64,000 nucleotides of DNA, from NCBI GenBank assembly GCA_963784835.1, contig CAWASM010000007.1:14694-78693 (forward strand). Reading direction: 5' to 3'. Positions 30,197-40,231 of the stretch are shown piece after piece. The stretch's first letter is position 1; every line of letters starts with the position of its first letter. Below the pieces are notes generated by a model, which saw only the letters and a program-made list of their open reading frames with translations, had not been told where the DNA came from and made no database searches. Source of the stretch: an uncultured Actinomycetes bacterium. Its GTDB lineage: Bacteria > Actinomycetota > Thermoleophilia > RBG-16-64-13. Made by a program: the position numbers and the translations under genes.

Positions 30197-30988
30197 GAGA
30201 CGAGGATAAAGACAGATTGATAGATGACATCAGGGCGGCGAGGCCCACACCCCGGCCATCCGCGGAGGAATGGGTGAAGAGCGAACGCGGGCGGCGTGTA
30301 CTTGCGCGGGTACTGGCGGGTGTCGATACCCCGGCGTCGGCACCCTGCGCGCGGAACGCCGGAGGCCGTGGCCCACTCACGCGGGCTCGGTCGTGGAGGG
30401 CCTCCCGGATAGCGATCGCGGCCATCATCCTGGTCCTTGTCGTTCTCGCGCTGTCGATATCGCTGTCGTTCGCTGGCCGGGAGGCCGACCGACCTACCGT
30501 TGCTCAGGACTCAAATACAACCCTGGCAAATCCGGGTACGACGGAACTCACTGGCGGGGTGACCAAACTGAGCGCGGTGGAGCACGTGATGCAACTCGTC
30601 TTCACAAGGATATCCTGGTCGGCGAGTCCGTTGTACGTTCCGACAACAGACGAAGCGTTATTGCTCGATGAGGCGGTAGACCAGGGACTTATCACCCGAT
30701 CCGAGATTTCCAGCGGTTCGGCGGCCGAGCCCTTACTGCAGGGGCAGTATGCTGTGCTTCTGTGGAAGGCGTTCGGTCCCGATTTGTCTGGACAACCGCC
30801 CCAACAAGCCCGGTTTCCTGGAACCAGTCGATCCGCAGGAGAGGGCAGCCATTCAAGGTCTCCAGTCGGCGAGCGTTATTCGGGAGTCAGACGGGGCATT
30901 CTCGCAGACCGGCCCCTTGACAGCGAACAAGAGCAGCTCCTTCTCGGCAGGATGGAAGACGCACTTCGAGGCCAAGTCGCCGAAATAG
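30193..30988 (+). CDS. putative anti-sigma membrane protein (frameshift near 30770)
   Basis: The ATGA overlap couples it to the sigma gene. It has a single TM segment, IAIAAIILVLVVLALSISL. The extracytoplasmic part continues in the frame of ORF 30749..30988. Confidence 0.55.
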
Positions 30989-31204
30989 CGCTTCTCCCAG
31001 CTAGGTCACGTTCTCACGTCTCGTGTTCCCCCGTCCGCCCATCCCTCCGGCGCGCCGTGGTGCCTGCGTCGCGGCCTGCCGTCATGTTCGCCGCCCATCT
31101 GGACACAACCGAGAGTGATAGCGGATTACAGCGGCCAAGGAGGTGGGAGCAACGGAAGACGGCTCGATGGCTGTGTCAAATGACGAAAGGAGTGACATTG
31201 ATAC

Positions 31205-31778
31205 TTGGGAAGACCCCGATTGCTGCTCGTGTTGATAGCTGCGATTGTCATTGTGCTGGCATGCTCGGGAACGGCGTGGGCATACACTACCTACAACGGA
31301 CACGTTCTCAACGGTGGTGTCGGCAACTACGGTGCCAACGACAGGTACTACTACATCACCAGTTCGGCGAGCGGTCACACAGGTGACATCACGTCGGCCA
31401 TATGGGATTGGATACACACGACCTCACGTCTGGGGATAACCACGCCCATCTGTTGGCTTCGTACCTACACGCAGAGCTATAGCGTAATGGACATATATCA
31501 CAACTACTACTACGACCCCGCCACAGGGATCGCGGCTGTGACCGAGCATCATCCTGAATAACGTCGTGTGCAATCCGTACCTGACCAACTGGAACTGGGG
31601 CAAGATCAAGCTCAACACGCCCCTCTTCGATCCCCTGAGCGACTTCAACGAGAAGGGGACCATAGCCCACGAGATGGGCCACCTCATGGGCCTGGGGCAC
31701 ACCGCCTACACGAACCAGATCATGTGCACGCTCGGCGCCGGCCGTACCGTGAACGCCTGCCAGGATAATGACTGCTGA
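31205..31778 (+). CDS. secreted metzincin-type zinc metalloprotease (frameshift near 31560)
   Basis: The signal peptide ends ...ACSGTAWA. AHEMGHLMGLGH (HExxHxxGxxH) is in the frame of ORF 31566..31778. Confidence 0.7.
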
Positions 31779-31810
31779 CGGCATCAACTACCTGTACTAG
31801 GAGGTGACTG

Positions 31811-32549
31811 ATGAAACGACATAAGAGATGGATGATCCCTCTGCTGGCGCTCGTGACGTTGGCGATAGTCGTGTCGGTCACCGTGGGCGTAGGCATTGGA
31901 GCCCCGGTCGGCCCTGAGACCGTTCGAGGCACCGATTTCCGCCGCGGCGCCCGCGGTCCAGGCGGCTCAACCGGCCGCGGTCAGGCCTGAGACGGCGCCG
32001 CCTTGCGGCCGACGGTGACGGCCAGCGCCGATTTCGCGGTGGTATATGAGAGCCTGAGACCAGCTCGAGGAGGCCGCCGACCTCATCGTCCGCGGTGAGG
32101 TCACCCAGGTTTCGTACCTGGATTTCAACTCCACTGCTTATACCAAAGTCATCTTCAGGGTCTCGAAATGCCTGAAGGGTGGCGTCGCCGCGGGCAAGGA
32201 GATCACGATCGCTGAGGTCGGCGGAGTGACATCTATGGCCACGGTGAACGGCGACAAGTTCGGGGAGCCGACGCAACTGGATGCGGAGACCCAAGTCAGC
32301 GTATTGCTGGACGGAGCCCCTCTCAGCGAGGTCGGCGACAAATGCGTGTACTTCCTGGGGACCGGGTCGATCGGTGTCGTCCCCGGTGTCTACTACGTCC
32401 CGCTGGGCGCGTTCCAGGGCCGCTTCAAGATCGACAACACCGTGGCGAAGCGCTTCGTCCCGGTCGATTGGCAGGACGGCGAATACACCGCGTTGCCAAT
32501 GGTTGAAAGCGCTATCGACCAGAATGTGCTGCGGGCAGAAGCCGAGTAA
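31811..32549 (+). CDS. secreted hypothetical protein (frameshifted)
   Basis: ATG 31811 begins MKRHKRWMIPLLALVTLAIVV (signal/TM). The body, LIVRGEVTQVSYLDF....KVIFRVSKCLKG...., ends with ORF 32226..32549. Confidence 0.5.
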
Positions 32550-32799
32550 AAGGACGCCATAGGGGGGATCGGGGAGCGGCTGAGCAGTACATCGGCCGCT
32601 CCTCTTCCTCCTGCGGAGAGACCCGCGTAATCGCGGGGCTCTGTCAGCTCAACATTGTGAAGGCCCTCACCGTGTGACGACGGTACTCGTTGACGTGCGC
32701 CATGACTCCTGTCACAAACGAGCTCTTGCCGGACACTGTAACCAAGTAGATGGACTTGAACGCTGAATGGACGCGTCATAGAGGCGCTTCGAACGGCGG

Positions 32800-35227
32800 A
32801 TGATGCGGTCAGTTGTGCGTGACTTAACCAGACCCCGGGAGGGAGTGGTGGGCGTGTGGGCAAACGGGCGGCGTCGGCAGAGACGCTACGAGCAAGCCAA
32901 CGAGACCGAAGCGAAGCGGCGGGCGACAGGCGCCCGCTATTCGCACCTGCTAGGGCGGGCCAATGAAGCGGTCTTTCTGTCCGACGATGACGGCCGCTTC
33001 TTGGAGGTCAACGACAGGGCTCTAGAGATGTATGGGTACAGGCGGGAGGAGTTACTCGGCCTTCGCCTGTGCGACTTGGTGCCGCTCGAAGGACGAGCGA
33101 CTCAGGGCGCTCGGGTACTGGAGGTATTGGAGACAGGCATGCCGATCGCGGAGACCGTGCACATCAAGGCCAACGGAACACATTTTCCGGTGGAGCTGAT
33201 TACGCGGCGGGTCGACATCGACGGCAAGGTCCTTGTCCAATACATCGTTCGTGACATCACCGAGCGCGTCAAGGCGGAGACCGCGCTACAAAAGAAGCTG
33301 GAGGATCTGAGCCGTCTGGCCACGGCGGTGAGCGACTCGAACGATGCGGTCATCCTGCATGATCTCGAAGGAAACATCCTGGCCTGGAACCACGGCGCGA
33401 TAGAGACCTACGGCTACAGTAAGGCCGAGGCGCTGGGCATGAATGTCAGAGACATTGTCACCGATACTTATCGAGAAACGGCCCCGGCGCTGATCGAAGC
33501 AATCGGGCATGGGGAGATCGTCAAACCCTTCGAGCTGCGGCGGGTGACCAAGGATGGCCGGATTCTCGATGTTTGGCTGACCACCACCTTGCTCACCGAT
33601 GACCAAGGAAACCCCGTGGCCGTGGCCACGATCGAACGTGACATCACAGAGCGCAAGCAAGTGGAGGCCTCTCTGCGGCTCACACGCTTCTCTGTGGACC
33701 ACGCGGATGACGGCCTTCTGTGGGTGGACCGCGAGGGGCGGTTCTTCGATGTGAACGATTTCCTGTGCTCTCGGCTTGGCTACTCGCGCGAAGAGCTGTT
33801 GGGCATGAAAGTGTTCGATGTGACTGTCGGTCTTCGGCCCGAAGCTTGGCCGGCTCGTTGGCTTGAGCTGAAAGCGCGCGGATCCTTGACCTTTGAAAAG
33901 CAATACCAAACCAAGAGCGGAGAGACCTTCCCGGCTGAGATAACCTCAACTGTTCTCGATCACGAGGGTCACGAGTATCTCTTCGGCTTCATCCGCGACA
34001 TCACCGGACGCAAGGAGGCGGAGGAGGCGCTGAAAGAGGGCGAGGCACAGCTCCGCCAAGCTCAGAAGATGGAAGCCATCGGCCGGCTGGCGGGCGGAAT
34101 CGCCCACGACTTCAACAATCTGCTCACCGCCATCCTCGGGTACAGCGACCTGATACTAGCTTCGGAGGAATGCGCCGCCGGCTCGCTTCGCGGTGACGTG
34201 GAGGAGATCAAGGCGGCCGGCGAGCGGGGTAGCGCCCTAACTCGGCAGATCCTAGCCTTCTCCCGGCGCGAGGCCCCGCAGCCCGAGGTGCTCTCCCTGA
34301 ACGAGATCCTGATAGATAGTGAGCGCTTCCTGGTCCGCACCCTAGGCGAAGATATCGATTTGGTCACGCTTCCTCATCCCGAGCTGGGTCTAACGGGAGT
34401 GGACCGCCGGCAATTCGAGCAGGTGCTTCTTAATCTGGCGCTAAACGCCCGAGACGCCATGCCGGGTGGGGGCAGGCTCACCCTGGAAACGGCCAACGTC
34501 GAGCTGGACGATGATTACTGCCGGGTGCACGGAGGGACCGAACCCGGCGCCTACGTGATGCTGGCCGTGTCGGATACGGGAACGGGCATGAACGAGGAGA
34601 CCAAGTCTCACGTCTTCGAACCCTTCTTCACCACCAAGGAACCGGGCAAAGGGACGGGGCTAGGCTTAGCCACCCTCTATGTCACAGTCAAGCAGAGCGG
34701 CGGCAGCGTCTTGGTCTACAGCGAGCTCGGGCAGGGCACTACCTTCAAGGTCTACTTACCACGCGTCAACGAGCCGACCAAGGCGCTCGCCGCTGCTGCA
34801 GAAATGCCAGCCTCGCTCATCGGGTGCGAAACCATCCTCGTGGTGGAGGACGAAGTCGCTCTGCGGGTACTGATCAAACGGGTCCTTGAGCATCATGGCT
34901 ATACCATACTGCTGACCGGTAGCAGCGATGAAGCCCTGCGCATTCTGGACGGAGCCAGTCCCCCGGTGGATCTCCTGCTGACTGATGTGGTCCTTGCCGG
35001 AAACCTGCAAGGCGACGAACTTGTCCGGGCAGCCAGAGTCCTCCATCCAGACCTGCCGGCGCTTTACATGTCCGGATACACCCGCAACGCTGCTCATGCG
35101 CTCCGGTCGGCTGGACGAAGGGGTGAACTACCTTGAGAAACCATTCACGCCCGCGGACCTAGCCTGTCGGGTGCGCGAAGTCCTAAACTGTCAGGCTGAT
35201 GCCCAGGAGCGACTCGCGCTCCCGTAG
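32800..35227 (+). CDS. multi-PAS hybrid sensor histidine kinase with receiver domain (frameshift near 35090; start uncertain)
   Basis: At least three PAS units, each ending (V)RDITERK. HisKA is AGGIAHDFNNLLTAILGY; the HATPase part has NLALNARDAM and DTGTGM; REC is ILVVEDE...DLLLTDVVL. The last 45 aa are in the frame of ORF 34985..35227. Confidence 0.85.
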
Positions 35228-35324
35228 TCGGCGTGAAGCATGTAGGGGCGCGCGGGGACGGCGGTGGGCCCGGAGGTGACCCGGACATCCCGTGTTGGCC
35301 CCCGGGAGTGTGAGGGAAACCCGT

Positions 35325-35367
35325 ACCATCTTGCCATAGTGATCGTTGCTAACTGGGAATCCAGGGG
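35325..35367 (+). repeat. intergenic repeat family, copy E
   Basis: The sequence is ACCAT-N7-TAGTGATCGTTGCTAACTGGGAATCCAGGGG. Confidence 0.7.
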
Positions 35368-35517
35368 TAATGCCTCCGCGCTTCCTGTGTCGTTGCCGGC
35401 CGGTACGTGGTTTGCCTTGATGGGTTTTGGTGCGAGTACGGTGCGGAACAAACTAGTAGCTCGGTTCTCGGAGCTAGTTGCGCTCAAAAGCGATGCGCGA
35501 TGCCAAGGAGAGATTCG

Positions 35518-35622
35518 ATGGAGTTCCAGGACGTAGTCAGGCAGCGATATGCCTGCAAGAAGTTCGACGGAAGATCCATACTCGAGGAGAAGATGACGGG
35601 CCCTTGGGGTATGAGAGGATGA
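35518..35622 (+). pseudogene. nitroreductase-family N-terminal stub (34 codons)
   Basis: MEFQDVVRQRYACKKFDGRSI is the usual nitroreductase N-terminus. A stop follows after 34 codons, directly in front of the next gene. Confidence 0.5.
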
Positions 35623-35626
35623 AACG

Positions 35627-36331
35627 GTGATGGGAGCGCAAGGCGTGGAAGAGCAACCGACGTTCATGAAGATCGACAAGGTGACCGACGAAACGCCGCA
35701 GATGCGGCTCTTCACGCTGCTGCCGCCCGCGGACTGGGATTTCGTCCCTGGCCAAGTCGCGGTACTCGGTCTGCCGGAACACGGCGAGGGCTACTTCGCG
35801 ATTGCTTCAGCCCCGGAAGACAAAGGCATCCTCGAGTTCTTGGTCAAGGACGGCGAAGGTGTGGCAGGGGCCATCTTTCGGCTGAGCAAGGGGGAAGGTC
35901 TTCAAGTCAAGGGTCCTTTGGGAAAAGGCTTCCCGATAGACAACTACAAAGGGCGAGACGTCTTGATCCAAGCCGTGGGAAGCGCCATAGCTCCGATGAG
36001 AGGAGTGATCGCGTCGATCATGCGGAGAAGGTCGGATTTCAAGAACGTAACCGCCATATTCGGCGTGCGGCACTCGGCCGACTTTCCGTTTGCCGATGAG
36101 CTTGACAACTGGCGCAAGGCGGATATCGAGATAATCGTCACGCTCAGTCGGCCCGAAGACCCGGATTGGCCCGGCAAATCCGGCTACGTCACCGAGCACT
36201 GCCAAGAGGCGCTGGCAGAACTGGACCACCCAGTGGCCTTGCTATGCGGCATGAAGGACATGCAGAATCAGAGTACGGAACAGCTGTGCCGACTCGGCGT
36301 CGACAAGTGCGACGTGTTGACGAACTACTAA
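35627..36331 (+). CDS. FNR-like FAD/NAD(P)-binding oxidoreductase
   Basis: The FAD part is PGQVAVLGLP......YFAIAS. The NAD part is GKGFP......VLIQAVGSAIAPMRGVI and LLCGMKDM. Confidence 0.75.
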   Translation: MMGAQGVEEQPTFMKIDKVTDETPQMRLFTLLPPADWDFVPGQVAVLGLPEHGEGYFAIASAPEDKGILEFLVKDGEGVAGAIFRLSKGEGLQVKGPLGKGFPIDNYKGRDVLIQAVGSAIAPMRGVIASIMRRRSDFKNVTAIFGVRHSADFPFADELDNWRKADIEIIVTLSRPEDPDWPGKSGYVTEHCQEALAELDHPVALLCGMKDMQNQSTEQLCRLGVDKCDVLTNY

Positions 36332-36405
36332 GGCGGCCATTTGGTCGGCTAGCAACTTAGTCGGAACCTCCCCTTGAAAGACAAGGATACGCGCAGAACC
36401 TAGCC

Positions 36406-36850
36406 TTACCTCGCCATCACCATGACCTGATAGTGATCGTTCCCATCTGGAAGCAAGGGTCCGCTTCGCGCGGAAACAGGAGCCGAAGAGGGGAAGTTCC
36501 ACCCCAGAGATGAACCAGGGGCCAGGTTGCCTTTGGGGGTTACGGAGCCGCGCCCGGGCTCGTAGCACTCTCCGGACTCGGGCTCGACGGGCCACTGGGT
36601 GGTCTCCTGCTGGTGGGCCAGCCGGTAGGCATCCCACCCATAGAGGCTCTTGAAGGCAAGATTGCCCTCGAGCCGGCAGTCGTCGTAGGCACACGAGAGT
36701 CCGGCCTCGGGCCCATCAAGCGCACAGTCCCCTTGCCGCATGGCGCGATGACAGGACCCGCAGTAGACCCAGGCCTCATCGGTCGCGTCGGCGGCGACTC
36801 GGCAGGCGTTCTTGGCCTCTTGCGTCTGGTCGCGGAACCGGTTCTTCACC
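36406..36850 (-). CDS. Cys-rich hypothetical protein
   Basis: GTG near 36850 lies directly after the stop of the upstream small gene. The protein contains WVYCGSCHRAM..GDCA.......LSCAYDDC. Its last ~18 codons and its stop lie inside repeat copy F. Confidence 0.45.
36419..36459 (+). repeat. intergenic repeat family, copy F
   Basis: The sequence is ACCAT-N7-TAGTGATCGTTCCCATCTGGAAGCAAGGG. It has a TTCC/GGAA hairpin. Confidence 0.75.
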
Positions 36851-36851
36851 G

Positions 36852-37052
36852 TCAACCCCCGGCCTCGTCCGCCCAGCTCGATTGCTGGGGCGCGTCGCTT
36901 CTCAACTCCATTTCCCTGTCGCAGCACGTCAGCTTGCACTGGTCTGCCGCGCACTTGCCTTCGTCGGCGCATTCTTTGATCACTTGAAGTTCGACGCCGC
37001 AGTCGGGGCAGGCGTAGATCTCGCCCTTCTTCATCTGAGCGCAGGTCGTCAT
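36852..37052 (-). CDS. small desulforedoxin-like CxxC...CC metal-binding protein
   Basis: ATG 37052 follows GAAGGAGG. MKKGEIYACPDCGVELQVIKEC......CKLTCCDREMEL parallels the desulforedoxin / Dfx N-terminal pattern. Confidence 0.6.
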   Translation of the reverse strand: MTTCAQMKKGEIYACPDCGVELQVIKECADEGKCAADQCKLTCCDREMELRSDAPQQSSWADEAGG

Positions 37053-37210
37053 CGGTCCTCCTTCTAAGCCGTTCATCCGCTCTCTGCTACCCGCGGCCTT
37101 CGGTTGGTAAACGCAGGTGGAGCGTCCGATGACCGCGGGGCGGGGTGGCCGCCGCCCAGGACAACGACGAGGGCCGTGCCTATAAACATGCTAGCGTCAA
37201 CTTGATGCAG

Positions 37211-38055
37211 TAGGGGGCTGAAGTCAGCGATTGCTGCGGCGGTTGGGGGAGTGAGTGGCCATGTTGGGGCATCAAGACCAGGGTCTTCGGCCGCGACGAC
37301 AGCAAGGCTGGTGGAAGCGAAAGACGAGGCGCGCGAAGCTCCTCTGGGCGCTTATGGGCCAAGGCCACGTTCGTTGCCCTGAATGAGGTCGGTCTCACCG
37401 CCCGGGCAACGAAGGATCTCGATTTGGTGCTACAGCTTGAGGCCCTTGAGACGGAGTTCGGGCGCGCCTTCTGGGGATTTGTGAAGGCAGGGGGATACGA
37501 GATTGAGGAGCGGACAGACGGCACCCCGGTCTTCTATAGGTTCCGCAAGCCGGCGACGGATGGATACCCCTTTCAGATAGAGCTATTTGCGCGCAAGCCA
37601 GATCTGATCGATTCGGCAGCCGGGCCCATTTGATCCCAATACCGATCTCGCCAGATCTATCCAGTCTCTCGGCAATTCTTGTGGACGCCGAATACTACGG
37701 CGTGATTCTTGCAGGGAAGCGGCGGGTAGCCGGCCTCACGGTGCTGCATCCAAGCCGCTTGGTGCCTCTTAAGGCGAGGGCATGGATAGACCCCACGAAA
37801 CGTCGGGAGCGGGGCGAGCAGGTCGATTCGAACGATATCAAGAAGCATCGAAGCGATGTTCTGCGCTTAAGCCAGCTCATTGCTCCAACCGACCGCGTGA
37901 TCCTCCCGGATTCTGTTCGACAAGACTTAGTCTTCTTCGTTGAGAACGCACTTCAGACTGAGCCAGGTCCTTCGGCAATCGGGATTCAAGGGATGAGCTT
38001 GGAGTATGTCCGCTCCCTGCTAGCTTCAGTGTACGAGTTTGCAGAGTCGATTTGA
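37211..38055 (+). pseudogene. nucleotidyltransferase-fold protein (AbiEii-like), no good start and frameshift at 37630
   Basis: FVALNEVGLTARATKDLDLVLQ fits the G..R.T.DlD nucleotidyltransferase motif. ORF 37424..37633 stops and continues as ORF 37630..38055. There is no ATG/GTG start for the N-terminal part. Confidence 0.5.
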
Positions 38056-38213
38056 TGGCTGAAGCGGTGTGTGCCGCAACACGGTGGGAGGCTAGGCGTT
38101 TCTTCTATTTGCGCTGCTGGGTTGTGTGTGTCAAGTTGTGCAAAAGCTGATCACGGCATGACAACGTCTTCCTCGACTCCGTCTTCCTAGGCCGCCTCCT
38201 CCAGTTGCCGTAG

Positions 38214-38393
38214 TTACTTGCGTCTGCGTTCGGTAAGAAGTTGCATGTTGAGGTAGCGGTGCTCCTCGATCCTGCCCTCGTGACTCTCGACGGCGAGAGC
38301 CCGAACCAGGCGAAGGCAGCTCTCAGCATTGGGGAAGATCCGGACCACCCGAGTTCGGCGTTTGATATGCGCCGGAATCGCAGAATTATGGAA
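38214..38393 (-). mobile_element. IS256-family transposase C-terminal remnant
   Basis: The minus-strand translation is NSAIPAHIKRRTRVVRIFPNAESCLRLVRALAVESHEGRIEEHRYLNMQLL-stop, the conserved IS256/mutator C-terminus. Nothing recognisable lies upstream of it. Confidence 0.6.
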
Positions 38394-38834
38394 AACTACC
38401 GTTCACAAGAATTCCGCCATTGACGCCGCAGTGCCCTTAGAAAGCAAAACTTCCCATAAAGCAGGCTGCGAGAATGCGCGTTCACTCTCGTTGACAGGCA
38501 CATCGGCTGATGCTAGCGTGTGGATGAGCCTATCAGGGGGCCTTTCTGAACAGCTGGCGAGGTGGTCACTAGTGGCAGCATGCCTATGAGATTCTCCTGC
38601 ACGTGTCAGTGCTGTTGTGTCACGAGGCAGGGCCGATCCCGCCCGGGTTCAAGGAGGCAGACAAGAAGCTCCTGCTTGATTGTTTGAGACGAAGCTGATG
38701 GGCAATCGGATCGTCGAGATGTTCGCACGCAAGTCAGGGCATCGTCGGTCGGGAGGAGAGTGATGGCACAGCAATGACGCGGTCGGAACGCAATGTGACC
38801 TTGAATGGTGCTTGATCTCAAGAGGAGGGCCGAA

Positions 38835-40103
38835 ATGAAAGCAGCTCGCTGCGCATGCACAGTTCTACTTGTGGTTCTGGCCATTAGTCTGTCTGTTCTA
38901 CTCGCGTCATGTGGCGGGGGTAATGACGTGACGACGACTGCGGGGCCCCAAACGACGTCGAGCGGCGCCACAACCGGGACCCAATCTACTGGGCAGGCGG
39001 AGACCCTCAGAATCGGAGGGCTCTTTCAGGTGACCGATTGGTACTCGGCCATAGACGGCTTGGAGCAAAAAGACGCTGAAGCAGTGGTCAAGATAGTCAA
39101 CGACGGGGGCGGGATTACAGTCCAGGGTATACGTTACAACATACAATTAGTGGTAGAGGATGGCAAGAGTACGCTGGATGGCAATACCGCCGCGGCTAAT
39201 AAACTGGTCCTTGATGATAAGGTCAAGTTCGTGATAGGCCCGGGCGGCTACTTCAATGTCGCTACCACACCTGTTTTTGAGAAGGCAAAAGTAGTACATG
39301 TCCTGACCAACGCGGCCATGCAGCCAGGAGAGATAGGGTCTGATACCCCATATGCCTTCGTGTGCAACGACCCTCTGGCCATGTATGGTGGCGCGATTAA
39401 GGCCCTGCTGAAGCAGTACCCCGATGTGAAGCGGGTAGCCATAGCTTTCGGTGAGGACTCCTCGACCCCGTATATATGGCCGGCTATGCAGGACATGATC
39501 GCAAGCATGGGACTCCAGATCGTGGGCGAGCCCGTCAAGTTTTCGCAGGCACTGGACGACTTCAACCCCATTGCCGCCAAGCTGCACTCGTACGCGGATC
39601 AAGCGGATGCCTATCTGTTTGCGATGTCTATTCCACCGAGTTTCGCAGGCATCGCGAAGGGGCTGCGTGCCCTTGGTGACGACAAGCCCATAGCGTATCC
39701 GGGCTTTGCCCCAGGCACCATTTCAATGGTTGGCGCCGCCGGCGCGACCAACATCGTGAATTCCGGAAGCTTCGGCTACAAGGCTCCTGGCAACACGGAG
39801 ATTCTCGACAAGATCTTTGAGGTAGGCGGCGACACCCAGCGTCAGTTCCTTGGCCTGGCTCCTAATGGCATCTACATGCTGATCAAAGCTATAGAAGCGG
39901 CCGACAGTCTCGATCCGGACGTCGTCAGAAAGTCGTGGGAAAGCATGGACTCCATTCCCACCATTTACGGAGAGGGTATTCCGACTGGGGAGAAAATCTA
40001 TGGACTCAAGAACCACGCTTGGGTTTATCCGACCTGTGTGACGCACATCATGAATGGCAGCTTTCAATTTACCGGGTGGGTTACAGCCGATATCACACCA
40101 TGA
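38835..40103 (+). CDS. ABC transporter substrate-binding lipoprotein (LivJ/Peripla_BP_6-like)
   Basis: ATG 38835 follows GAGGAGGG. The lipobox is LLASCGGG. It is the first gene of a five-gene ABC operon. Confidence 0.8.
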   Translation: MKAARCACTVLLVVLAISLSVLLASCGGGNDVTTTAGPQTTSSGATTGTQSTGQAETLRIGGLFQVTDWYSAIDGLEQKDAEAVVKIVNDGGGITVQGIRYNIQLVVEDGKSTLDGNTAAANKLVLDDKVKFVIGPGGYFNVATTPVFEKAKVVHVLTNAAMQPGEIGSDTPYAFVCNDPLAMYGGAIKALLKQYPDVKRVAIAFGEDSSTPYIWPAMQDMIASMGLQIVGEPVKFSQALDDFNPIAAKLHSYADQADAYLFAMSIPPSFAGIAKGLRALGDDKPIAYPGFAPGTISMVGAAGATNIVNSGSFGYKAPGNTEILDKIFEVGGDTQRQFLGLAPNGIYMLIKAIEAADSLDPDVVRKSWESMDSIPTIYGEGIPTGEKIYGLKNHAWVYPTCVTHIMNGSFQFTGWVTADITP

Positions 40104-40121
40104 CAGATTGACAAAAGCTCT

Positions 40122-40174
40122 CCTGAGGTTGGCAGCCTGGTTCTCTGTCACTACGCCAAACTGCCAACCTCAGG
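40122..40174 (+). promoter_or_regulatory. 14-bp perfect inverted repeat between binding-protein and permease genes
   Basis: CCTGAGGTTGGCAG (40122-35) pairs with CTGCCAACCTCAGG (40161-74), leaving a 25-nt loop. No T-run follows. Confidence 0.7.
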
Positions 40175-40231
40175 TGGCCTGTTGAGTAAGCTCGCGAGTC
40201 ACTCAGAATCGCCTATTCTGGGCACAGGTAT

